Part shown: piece by piece, positions 33,501 to 45,300 of the stretch | Numbering within the stretch: the first letter of the stretch is position 1 | Layout: each line of letters begins with the position of its first letter | Source: Tubiluchus corallicola | Lineage: Eukaryota > Animalia > Priapulida | Assembly: GCA_030141605.1 (NCBI GenBank) | Contig: JAQGDQ010000416.1 | Location: forward strand, 140,016 to 204,015 | Direction: 5' to 3' | Length of the DNA stretch: 64,000 bases | Notes under the pieces: model-generated | Seen by the model: only the letters and a program-made list of their open reading frames with translations | Told to the model about the DNA's origin: nothing | The model's database searches: none | Translations under genes and position numbers: made by a program

Positions 33501-36500
33501 TTTATGACTAAAGTCATAAATAAAGTGCCCTGGCCATGCACTACTAATGAATGGAAATTTAGCATTACAAATTTAATTTATGAAAAGCATGCTTTAGAGT
33601 AACTTACCTGATGAGATTTTTTCAAAAAGTTGTTGTCAAGAGCAACGGAATGAATGCTTGCAGATGAAGTTTGCTTTGCTACTGAACTACGGCTGCTTGA
33701 GTGTCGCTCTTTTCTCTGAGCAGACTCCATTAAAAAATTTTCCTGTTGCTGAATTTCCTTTTGTAATCTTTCTTGCTCCTGCTGTTGTCTTTGCAAAAGC
33801 AGTGACAGCTGACTTTGTTGCTGCTCCATAAGCTGCTTCCTGAGCTGTTCGAAATGCTTTGCCTGTTTTTCTAGAAGTACTAATGGTAAATTTTCATAGC
33901 TTGCAGTACCAGTAAATGATTCATCAGGTGTTGAACCAAAAACAAAAACATCCCGAGATGGAGATGCAACACTTAAGGCCTGCTGTGTACTTGCTTTTTT
34001 ATGTTTCTCAGATTTACTGTTTTCAGCGACACTCTTCCAAGTGACAAAATTGTCATTTTGACCAAGCTTTGACTGCATGGGCATTTGCGAATACACGGGT
34101 AAACCAGGGAATGCAGTGAGCGAATTATTATTGAAATTATCATTTGCAGACACTTCATTAAGAAATCTTTTTAAATGGTCCTGTTTGCCTTTCTCTTCTG
34201 CATAGTCATTACAGAACAATGACTTCAAAGGACTCTGTTGTTTGCTTTTTGATAAAGACGGTGATCTTACATCGATTTGTTTGGTTGCATGGTTTTTATC
34301 ATTATTTCGACGATGAGCCTCTAACAAGCCAGGCGAAGGACTGTCCAAAGTGTAAGAACCCAGTCGTGGTCGTCTTTCAACAGAATGCAGTTGATCATGA
34401 TTATCACTAGACACATCACTTTTGTTACCCAGTGCTGACTTTACAGAAAAAATAACTTCCGCTTTTTTCACTGAACTTTGATCGTTATAATTGGATGCCT
34501 GTACCTCTTCAGCATTTGCAACATGTTGTGTTACAGTAGGTGTACTTGTAACAGTGTCAAAAGAACTGTTGACATACTGGCGTAGATCAGTACTGGAGCT
34601 TCGCATTAAGGTTGAGGGTGTTTCAAGAGAATTTTGGGGTTCATCCGATAGCAACTGTTGTGGATGATGCTGCATAGCTGAACACGGTAAAGATGAATTT
34701 GCATCCGAATCAATATACTTCACATCTTCACTGGTGTTTGCATTCAAGGCATCCTCACTTTTGTGACCCATGTCAAACTCAGACTTGCCAACACTATTTG
34801 CTGATATAAATGAGTTAAGATAGTTGTCACATCTATTGTTGGCCTCACACTTGTTGTCAGGAGGCTCTGGTGTTGGAAAAGGTAAAGTAGGGGCATTGTT
34901 GCTGGGCTCACTCATGTCAAGTTTAATGCTATTTAGCTTTTCTCTACTTGGTGTATCACTAGGTAATGGGAAATGCATATCAATATACTCCACAGATGTC
35001 ACCACACGTTCACTCTTATCAATTGGATAAGTATCTAAAGCTTTAGTATCACTAGGTAATGGGAAATGCTTATCAACATACTCCACAGATGTCACCACAC
35101 GTTCACTCTTATCAATTGGAAAAGTATCTAAAGCTTTAGTATCACTAGGTAATGGGAAATGCTTATCAATATACTCCAAAGATGTCACCACACGTTTACT
35201 CTTATCAACTGGAAAAGTATCTAAAGCTTTAGTAAGAGAATAAGTAAGTGAAAAACTTGTCTCAGTGAAACAGTGGTCACTGTTAGTAGCATGATTATTT
35301 TGACACGAGTCATCATCATATTGACGCAATTCTAACCCAGTTTCGTTTGGAGATTGTTGTATTTTCTCGTGTGAAAGTACTTCAGCATTAGCAACATCTT
35401 TGATTGTACTGACTGAAGATGCCGAAAGGGACGTCCGACTAAAGTTAACGTCATGGTTACTAGCTTCACACAAATCGCTTTTTGATTGCGTATCACTCCT
35501 AGGAGAATTAGTTGGTGTTTTTCTTTCCTGAAACAATTTATTTTTGAAATGTGAACATCTATTTAACAATCTTACCAAAGTCAGTCAAATGTCTTGTGTG
35601 AGACTCATAGCTCACGTGTTCTGGCCTTCAGCATGTAATAACTGAATGACTGCTGTTAATATAGGAGTGCAGTTAGTTAAATTGCACCGGTGGCTGTTTA
35701 TATGAGAATACAAATGATTACAATTTCTTAACTGCCACTGAATCTTAATAATCTGGTAACCAGGTATCCAACAAGTATAAGGAAAAGGCTACCCGAATCT
35801 GATTTTTGCTACACGTGTAAACATTAATCCTTTGAGATTTCAAAAGACAAAACTGAATGAACTTTTTCACAAAAACAAACAGGAGCAGGCCACCAGCACT
35901 ACATAAAAATGCCAGTAAAATAATATACGTAAATGATAATAATAATAATGTGGCCACAAATTTCTATGAAATGAAAATACTTTAAGCTTTAACTGATCAT
36001 CAAAATTAAGCTCTATAGTAACTACAGTAACTGACAATTGACAGGCATGCAAAATAAATCAGGGACATAAAATTTTCTGCTTTTCTCTTAACATAAAGGC
36101 AGTGCTCTAACACAGTTAGTAAACAACAAAATACGAACTGAATTCTACCCAGTATTTAACATTTTACTTGGGAATATTAAACTTATATCAAAAATTAAAA
36201 CTGAATTAAACTCAGCAATTGCAATACATGGATACAATTAGAAAGTAATGAATGCTGCAGCTGCTATATTTCGAGTGGCACTTTTACTTTATAGAAAATA
36301 CCTCAATTCTGTTTAATACAGCTTGAACTTTTGCGATAAGAGCCCTAGATCGCCTTGCATTTTTTCTTGCTTCTATAACGCACGCTTGCTGTCTGTACGA
36401 ATAAATGTCCTGTCGTTTACTGGCTGTTATCTGAAAAGACACAAGTAACTTGCAAATCATCGATGCACCATGTCATGGCAGCCCTAAAGTTGCTACTGCA

Positions 36501-37498
36501 CATACACTCAAGAATGCAAAACAACATTCTTCTAATACTCAATAAAATATAAATGTGGAAGTTAAAAGCTACAAAAATTTTGAGTTCTTGAAACAAAATC
36601 TTAAAATTAAGTATATTTTTGATACAGATAATCTTAAAAATAACCAATTAAGTGTTATTCCAAGCTCTAAAGTAATTGTAAGAAAATAATCTAAATGGTC
36701 ATTAACTATTATAGCACTTAGAAAACTAGAAATTCGAAAAAAAACTGGTTTGGTTGCAAACATTGATTTAAGGGTAGTCTTTATCACATGAGGCTATAAA
36801 GTCCAATAAGACATGACATTCAGCTTGTAATCCAGAGGTCTGTGGTTCAAATCAAGGCCCAGTCATACTTTTCACATAAATTCTACCTTTTGCTGGTTTA
36901 GAAAAATTTGTATATTTTAGGCCTGAAATTAATAGTAAAAACAAATTAGAGAATAATGAATGATAAGCGCACAGAACGCGGATTGCCGAACTTTCAAGTG
37001 AGTGAAAAAAACAAGATTTTCTTAATGGAAGATGTCATTAAGTTTTGATTTTTCTTTCAGGAACAGTGTATTTTGGAATCAGATTATCAGATATCCCTAA
37101 GGATCACTTTTATGCAAATTAATGGGTACATATGTGTTGTGTTTTTTCTAGAAATTTATGCATTTTTTAATTTACAAATGAACCAACTGTTCTTTTTATG
37201 GCATTACATTGAATTAACAAGGACCTTACAGAAACAGCTAGTCCACATCTATTCTTAATTTCATGCTATAAACTTATAAAAATATTGTTATTATAAAAAA
37301 TTAAAATAGTAACAGGTCACTAAAAGATTAACATTTTACCACTGGAGGAGGCAGTGTTACACTGTTCAGTTTCAAGACTGATGTAAAACGGCTTGGTTTT
37401 GTGGAGGGCTCATCTTCGTTTGCTTCCAGTAGCTCCAGCTTAGCAACTTCGTCTTCTAATTCGTGTATTAGGTTCTCTATACGTTGCAAATTTATCAT
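27552..37498 (-). CDS. CCP110: Centriolar coiled-coil protein of 110 kDa (CP110) homologue, ~964 aa
   Basis: Exons 37340-37498, 36302-36430, 33608-35527, 31962-32072, 31353-31454, 30415-30531, 29861-29952, 29086-29234, 27552-27667 (TGA); phases consistent. N-terminal IEARKNARRSRALIAKVQAVL and C-terminal KLSAAAKGYLTRRLLRT, ELQERLLAQLMAALIDLHDIF, ERMAIISHDR, LSSATVKYLDRKK match remembered CP110 blocks. The central large exon is low-complexity with a Q-rich coiled coil. Confidence 0.87.
28924..28963 (+). ncRNA. Second minimal hammerhead-ribozyme-like motif
   Basis: TTTCAG-CTGATGA-GACTGCCTAGGGT-GAAA-GTTT-TTGAAA: 6-bp stem I, intact core, weak stem II; same 4-nt spacing after GAAA as 6508-6552. 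Confidence 0.5.
32217..33532. mobile_element. 1316-bp non-autonomous hAT-type element in CCP110 intron
   Basis: Perfect 23-bp TIRs CAGGGCACTTTATTTATGACTTT; perfect 8-bp TSD GCCATGCA (32209-32216, 33533-33540); subterminal GTCATAAATA repeats at both ends; no transposase ORF. Confidence 0.93.
32721..32816. mobile_element. 96-bp hAT-type MITE nested in the 32217-33532 element
   Basis: TIRs TAGGGGTGAGCAT / ATGCTTACCCCTA; perfect 8-bp TSD AGCGGCGT (32713-32720, 32817-32824); body of CGAAT/TTCGA repeats. Confidence 0.92.
34953..35234 (-). repeat. 93-bp (31-aa) coding tandem repeat, 3 copies, inside CCP110 large exon
   Basis: TKALDTFP(V/I)DKS(K/E)RVVTS(L/V)EY(I/V)DKHFPLPSD x3; GTATCACTAGG recurs at 34953, 35046, 35139. 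Confidence 0.95.
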
Positions 37499-38673
37499 CT
37501 GGAAAATGATAAATAAAATTTAAATTACAGAAAACTCTGCACAAACATATTCAGAGACTGCCCTCATTCTATTAATACAGAGAGCATTTGTACGTAACTA
37601 TTAAGGATTGGATGCTAGACATATTACTTTACCTATCTGGAGAACGCATTGTGCTGTTCACACACCTGTATATAACTAACTATTTGTGTAAGGTATCTGT
37701 TCTTCCATAATGAAGAAAAGCAAAACAATTGACCATGTCTTGAAAAACCATTCTGACCAAATCTAAAGGTCATAGTTTTCTAACATAGTTTTCACAATTT
37801 GAGCAACATATATTTAGTGGTGGTTAAACTGTGTAGCTTCAAGGTGGCAAGTGGAGCTCCAGCTAAGGAAGCCAGCACTAATGTACCCAGCACCAACCAA
37901 GGTACATCATAACAAAACTATGTACAGTCTAGCTAGCCAGCACGGAAGCATGCCGCACTGAGGTGACTAGCGGCAAGGTAGCCGTCTCGATGAAGACTGT
38001 ACATAGCTAGCTGATACGGAAAAGTATGTTGCCGATATACATAGTGTGCTGAGGGAGACAACGCAGTTACCAATGTACGTGACGAACTGCCGACATGCCT
38101 AGAGTGCTGAGGTAGACTACACCATTATTAGTGTACATAACGAAATATGTGGTGCCGTGGTACAAGGCCCCACGGCACATGGCAAGGCAATAAACAGCAA
38201 AGTGATACACAGTGTAGTGGCGAACAGGGACATAAAACAGTTAAATCTACATAGAATGTCCACAGAGTATGTATATTCAGTAAAAAATTGACGTGTCAGT
38301 AAGCAAATGGAATAATTTGCTTCTCGGGTTATTGTCACATCGACCCTAGTAAAGTTTAAATCTTTAAGTGACGATTATCTTGCGGAAAAATATGGCGTTT
38401 CTGTGAGTGTACTCGCTTAAAGACTAATCATGACAGTATAACACTAAAAATAGTAGTTAGTACCACTGTCACACGGTGACAGTCAAATGCACTGCTTCTC
38501 TGACCTTTACGTTAAAACACCATTACCTTGAATTACACCAGTTGTTATTAAGCTACTATGCCTTATACAGTAGGTACTGAAGTTATTTACATGATACACA
38601 AATATCACTATTACTAAATGAAAATTTAAAAAATCCTCATCTATAGCGCGCTAAGCAAGAATGCAAGAGAGAA

Positions 38674-38703
38674 TTGCGGGAAATCTTCAAAAATTTCGCA
38701 AAT
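38674..38703 (-). promoter_or_regulatory. Candidate E2F + CHR cell-cycle promoter module of CCP110
   Basis: Minus strand reads TTTGCGA-AATT-TTTGAA-GA-TTTCCCGC. It lies ~150 bp upstream of a candidate non-coding exon donor (CAAG|GTAATG at 38527); the ATG exon is preceded by an acceptor (TTTTCCAG|ATG). Confidence 0.45.
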
Positions 38704-39694
38704 TGTAGAATCAACTTAATGGTTTCCTGTCATGTGGTCTCAAACCTGGTTTCGTGGGAAGGAGTTTCTGACGATGATGGAATAAATCGAATAGATTTTA
38801 TTTCAGAATATTGATATGGGTAAAGAACTAATCAGTGATATGTTCTTTAGTGATCAGTGAAAAGACATTCTAAAGTTTATGTGCATTAAAGGAAAACCGG
38901 ATGATTGTGTAAACATGAGTTTAGAGTGAAGAATGCTCTAAAATATTGAAAACTACAAAAGCTTTTAAATCAAAGCTTAGTTAAATAATAATTACCACGG
39001 ATACTCAAATTTGGTTAAACTTTCAAAGTTACGCGCGGCGCAGTGAATCTACTAAGAAGGCAGCTGTGCCTTTTTGTCACATTCGCATGGCTGACAAATA
39101 GAAGGCGGTACCGTGTTAAGCATGATCATGAACTACGTCATATGATGTAAAGCCCATTTTTCGTGACATCATGGTTTAAACAGTACTGTAACACTTATTC
39201 AAATGTGCTTGATGTGCAAGGGAAGATGCTTGCCATTGCACAAACTGTGGTTTGTTTCTGACGTAAACAATAGCTGTGTTCGTTTGCCCGTTAATTAACT
39301 TTCTAAGCTAATTATTCAAATATAAGGAACAATTGTTAACTTTTATAGGCAAGAAAATGTATATTTTGGACAGTAAACAATCGTCCGGTCTTCCTTTGAG
39401 AATGTTTTCTTTTTCAGCCAAGTAGCAGTTTTTGACGGCTCACCTTGATACAAAAAGGTTTGAGGCCTTGAACTGAACTCAAGTCCTAAGTCAACTCAAC
39501 TTAAGTTAACGAGAAGTCTTGGTAAAGTGAGAAGTGATATTTCGCAAACACCAAAGCTACGATCACGAAGCTCACAGAACACACTTAACAGCTAGGGATA
39601 TTTATATGTAACATGTCACCTCATGAAAGGCCACGTTGTAGGTGAAGCTTCGTGTAATTTCATTAGGATATATCTCCCCGGTCCATTTTTGAGC

Positions 39695-41505
39695 AGCACT
39701 CTGTTAGAATCCAGGTCCCGATCAATTTTCGCTGAGCGATCACCTATTTGATATAAGTGCCTGGTGCAATGTGATGATCCTCTCTGTTCTCACAATTGCT
39801 CGTCAATACTCGTTGGCCATCTGCGTTTCTATGTCCAGTACATTTGTGTATTGAATTCTGTGAAAATACAAATATTTAATAATTGAGATAATGCTGTAAC
39901 AGTAAAAGTGCTGAACATGACTTTGTTCTGTCAAAACGTTAGTTCATTTGGCTGGATCAATAAATTCTTGGCTTAAATGATATTTTTCAGTAGTTTTTAT
40001 ATTATTATACCAAATCAGAATTTTCTTTCGGAAACATTTGTTGGCCCCTATTAGGACCCAGCCCTGAAAAGGCCTGGTTTGGTGAAATGCAAGCGTATCC
40101 GTTTATTTGGCGGGAAACCAGTCTGCCATATGAAGCAAAGTACATTTCATTGCTTCTCATTTGTCGTGCTGCTCCACATAGACTTGTCCAGATGCATTGG
40201 GAGTGTGGTGGATGCACATCCATGCATAGCCTGCAATTTTCCCACATGCATTCGATGTTGTTTATGTGGGTGCCAGTCCTCAGTCCAGGGGGCGGAACTA
40301 GGGGGAACGAGGGGGCGCCCCCCTCCCTTGTCAAAATTTGCGCGCCTCCCTGCAAAATCGGACAAATAATTTTTTTTGCAGTGAAAATTGCATTTCGCAT
40401 GTAATCATTTTCAATATGAATTAGAATTGGGTAAAAAAATGTTTGGTAGCTTCAGTGTATTATTTTCTTAAAACTTGTGTATTATTTTATCTTAAAATTT
40501 CTATAAATAACAATTTAGTTAGAGGCACATTAATAACGTTAGGTTAACTGAGAGTTAATTTTCTCATTATTGCTTTGTCCGCTACGCCGTTCTACACACG
40601 CTAATTATAGGCCTGCATGCAGTATAAAAGGGGTTAAAATTGGCTTAACCATTATTTAACCATTTCGGATACCTCGCCCCCCCCTCCCCCCAGAAAATTT
40701 TTGCGCCCCCCCCCCCTGTTTGCCACATCTAGTTCCGCCCCTGGCTCAGTCAACAAAGTCAGGCCACTGTTTGTTTCAACAAAGATCTAATTGTTTTACC
40801 ACTCAACTGAGCAGCAAAATAAAAATAGTATAGCATCCAGTCAAAAGCTTACACATTTCCCGTTGCCTTTGTTAACCTAAAATTACTTGCTATATAATTA
40901 TTTTAACTAAACTTATTTGATATGTGTATGTTCTGTCCAACCCCTTGACTAACATTTAATATAAACAACCTGCTGTGCCAGACAACACGCGAGACTAAAA
41001 AAATCATCAGGGAGCATAACATTGAAAATTAGGTATGAAAAGTTTAAAGATACATACATGAAACGTTATTAACATGACGGCTGTGGAAATTAAAATCTGA
41101 CTGTGACATGCTTAGTTATTAATAGTAATGCCGATGATAATGAAGATTACTATAATTATTGTTATTATGAAAAATTACGTACTTTATTTCAATAAAAAAC
41201 ATCATAAACACACTTCTTGAAGCACAAACACTTTACGCTGCTTGTAGCAGTTTATTTATTTATTCAGGTTAAAATACATCTTATACGATTGTATGCATCA
41301 AAAATTTGGGTCAAATATCAAAATTAATACTAAACTTATTGGACTTTTATATCCTGCTATTTTATTAACTTTTTCCACCACTGGTGAAACTCAGGTGCTG
41401 ATCAACCATCGTATTGTAAGAGCAGCATGGTTCATCTTAATGCGCCTTCAAAATAGGCGATCGTTCGGCGAAAATCGACCGGGACCTAGATTCTAACAGA
41501 GTGCC
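39695..41505 (-). mobile_element. Decayed Merlin (IS1595/ISXO2-like) DNA transposon
   Basis: ~55-bp imperfect TIRs (A/G)GCACTCTGTTAGAATC(C/T)AGGTCCCG..., perfect 8-bp TSD TTTTGAGC (39687-39694, 41506-41513). Minus-strand transposase remnant FVD/RTGTHINNIECMW and HGCASTTLPMHLDKSMW. Confidence 0.82.
40286..40743. mobile_element. 458-bp hAT-type MITE inserted into the Merlin transposase remnant
   Basis: TIRs CAGGGGGCGGAACTAG / CTAGTTCCGCCCCTG; 8-bp TSD CCTCAGTC/GCTCAGTC; GC-rich subterminal poly-C/G tracts. Confidence 0.88.
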
Positions 41506-42051
41506 TTTTGAGCTAGGGGCAAAATTTTTATTGTGTCTAGATGGGGTTGAGATCTTGTGCATGGCTGAATATGGCCATTTGCATCTAGGAAATTTTTTCA
41601 TAGTGGGAAGAAAACGAAATTGGGGGAACACTATTGCTTCCAGTGTCAAGCAATGGTGGCTTGTAGTTCACCAAGTGCATTGTCTTGATGAGACAAATTG
41701 AATGTTATAAGTCAAGCACAGATTGTTTGACCCTTGGTCATGCTAGATGGCAAAACCGAAATTGAGGGTCAGGGATACCAATGCTTCTATTGTTGAGAAA
41801 AAGGGGCTTACAGCATTGTAGTACATCAAATAAAAAGCCTTGATGAGACAGATTGAATAGTATGAGTTACATTCTGATTGGTTGACTCCTGATCCCACCA
41901 TGGAAGTAAAAATCTAAATTGGGAAGGGGGGTCAAATCAGACACATGCTTCCAGTCATGTAAGATAGTCAAGCTACAAATTATATCTTGATCTTTGCATT
42001 TTTGGATATTTTAAATACGTTTATATCTTTCATAATTGCTTTCAGTCAACA

Positions 42052-42060
42052 CCACGTGAC
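42052..42060 (+). promoter_or_regulatory. E-box/CLEAR-like site upstream of FLCN
   Basis: CCACGTGAC ~320 bp upstream of the FLCN ATG; resembles the MiT/TFE CLEAR consensus GTCACGTGAC. Confidence 0.35.
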
Positions 42061-42376
42061 AACGAGAAACTTGTAACTAAGACCCAGTAAGAGATTGCTC
42101 ATAGCAATGTATCATGGATGAAAGTAGTACACCTGCTCATCTATAACACCCGAACATAATCAGTAATATTATTAACTGGTGTGCAGCGAATGTCAACTGT
42201 TATGCTTGGAAATGTCTAAGTTTATGAAGAATTCCTGTCATCATACAAATTGTTTTTCTATAATTCTTATCTCGTGTTAATCCTAATGTTGTCTTCTTTT
42301 GCTTTGGGATACACAGTTCTTCTAGATGGATTGGAAGTCTGGTACCTTGCTTTAGACCAGCATAAACTGAAGTGAA

Positions 42377-45300
42377 ATGAATGCAGTGATTGCCTTGACT
42401 CACTTTTGTGAGCTTCACGGTCCTAGTATTGTATTCTGCACACAAGCATTTCATGCACAGGATCCTATTGATATACTTGATGCCAGCACATCTCAGCCTG
42501 ATTTTAATGTTAGTCAACGAAACATTGATGGTGAGTGCCGGTTTTCACAAACTCTTTTAATTACTGTGTTGTGATTAAAAACTTCTGATAATTACCGAAT
42601 TAGTAATGATCTGATAATTACTGATAATTTTAGGTTTTGCTGAACTTAACACATTTTTAAGTGATAACTGGAGTCTGAAGATATGGATCTTTTTTATCTT
42701 AACTTCTGCTCACATAATGTATTTTCATCTGACACTTGAAATTTCAGTTTATGTATACTTGCCAACTTTTGAAAGAAAAATTCGGGAGATGTTAGTAAAA
42801 TAGCAGTTGGACAACTATAAGATGGAATTGTTATATTGTAGAGACTGTTAGCCAACACTCAGGAGATATAATTTTCTATGGCAGTATCGAACCATGGCTC
42901 CGTTCAAAGTCTTCAAGCTCAGTTCCTTCAACACCAGGATCAGGACATTTGGGTGTTGGACTTTCAACTGCTGGGGGAAATGTTTCTGAAATGTGTGAGG
43001 TAAACGCCAAAGTTTGTGATGTATTTTCTTGATATATTAATAACAGCTCTGTAGTTGACTCGTTTCATTTTTTTGCTTATTGTCTCTAATATTTTACTAT
43101 TATTTAGGCTTGTAAGTCTATGCCAGCTGGACAACCTGGATTTATTAGCAATGATCATGAAGCGAAAATAAGTTACATTAGCAGTCAATACCCTTGTCAT
43201 CCTGAGATATTTAGCATTGTTCGACAAGCATGTGTAAGGAGCTTAAGTTGCGAGGTAAGAAAATATTAGAGTTTAATTGTTAACTAAGTATTTAAGTAGT
43301 GTTTGCCTGAAAAAATAGTGCTATAATAAATTTGTGCTTTACTAGTTACAAAATCATTTACAGCTTACCTTAATTCATCTTACAGGTTTGTCCTGGCAGA
43401 GAAGGTCCAATATTTTTTGGCGACGACCAACGTGGGCATGTATTAAGCCATACGTTCTTTGTGAAGGATAGTCATGCTCGCGGGTTTCAGCGTTGGTATA
43501 GCATACTCGTTGTAATGATGGATAAAATATTTTTGCTCAACTCTTGGCCATTCCTTGTCAAGCACATTAGGTCAGATATTACTTACTAAAGCAGCTTTTC
43601 TCTTTTAGAATTGATAGATTTGTAAAGCACAGCTCAGCGATAAATTACAGTAACTGAGTGACTTGATTATTTATTACTTCTACAATATTTGCTTTTGTAG
43701 AATTTTCAATTTTGAAGATGATTCTGTTCAACAATTGTTAACATATTCATCTGACTGTATATTATGGGCCTAATTATAAAAATCAGTAATTTCAATCACT
43801 CACACTTAACTGTACATGAATACATTTCAGATATTTGTTATTACTTAACAGTGCTGAAAACCTTTTCTTTAAATTTCTAGAATCATTATCGACATCATAC
43901 AAGAAAAGGCACTGAAAGTTTATGAAATGGAGCAGACAGAATGTCCTCAGAGGTCATTGAGGTTAGGCAGCGGAACAAACCCACGAGATTTTCTTCGGCA
44001 TCGAGGGATGAACAAACCTGCTAGGTCTTTGGTAAATATTAAATTTGTCAGTAGTAAATTTAGTAGCCATTGTTATATATATTTAACATTTCTGAAAATT
44101 GCTCAAAATCTACAAAATGTCACATAGGTTTCTGGTTTTCCTTATTTCTACAAGGACACATCAACTCACAGAGGTTTAAAGGGAAGCTGGCACTTGGTTT
44201 GTGAATGTTTATTGGTACTTGTCACTGTACGGAGACAGGCTTTTTTTGCTAAATTTAAATTATGCTAATTTGCAGAGAGCTAAATTTACTCAGAGTAAAA
44301 ACATTTAAACTCTCATTTAACTAAGTTTCTTCCCACTGGTTGCCTTTATTTCCAGAATAAATACAAATGTACACTTACTTGCCAGTTTCTAATGCAACAA
44401 AAGAATGGGTATTGTTGATAACAACATTGTAACCTCTTAACTCCATCAGGACCACACCATTCAAAATAGGTCTTATAAAACCTGTGACTTTTCTGCTACT
44501 GTATGAGCACAGAGATAACTAAATGATTACAAATTAGGTACTGTTCTATTCAGGAGAATCTCGATTATCCAACCATGGATAAGAGATTATATTATAAGAG
44601 ATTTAATTAGATAAAATTAAGAAAAATACGCCCTTTTCAGACACTCCAACTTAGCCTATTGAGTAGCTTAGTCTGGTATACACTTGTGTGATTGTACACA
44701 CTACTTTATTACATATTACTTTATTAGAAACCTACAAAAATTATCGAACATGACCCAATCGCAGCTTACTGAGAGCAGTTTTTCATGAACCCATGTAAAA
44801 TGCAGCAAACACTTACGGTCCTGAAGGAGTTAAGTGCTAATGTTTCGTTGCACCATCAGCATCATCATGACAGTGTGCAGTGAAACCTAAATATTAAAAG
44901 TGTACCGTGTACCGTGTTGTTATCAACAATAGCATTACTTTTGTGCATTACAAATACTCGGGTTCCCCAAGCATAAACCAGTTTCTTATTATTTGTTAAG
45001 TAATAATACTTTCAACAGACTTTGGCATGATAAAAATGAAGATGACTTATTAGTGTTTAATTTGAGCTAACATCAGTTCACTTTATTTACTTGTTTTATA
45101 AACCATACAATAAGACACTTTTTTAATTCTTATCCTTGGGTTCAACGTTTAGTCTATAAGGCATTACCTTCGCTCTTTTGTATTTTATTAATGTGTTGTT
45201 TAGGTAGAGCTAACTCAGGAAAAAGACTTATTCCAGAGATTTCATTTTTGGTTCACCTGGCTTCTGAAAGCTGGAGGAACTCGCATGTCCGAGAGACTTC

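Noticed and set aside
36810-36870. tRNA-like segment with B-box GGTTCAAATC
   Set aside because: No cloverleaf or clear A-box; at most a decayed tRNA-derived SINE head.
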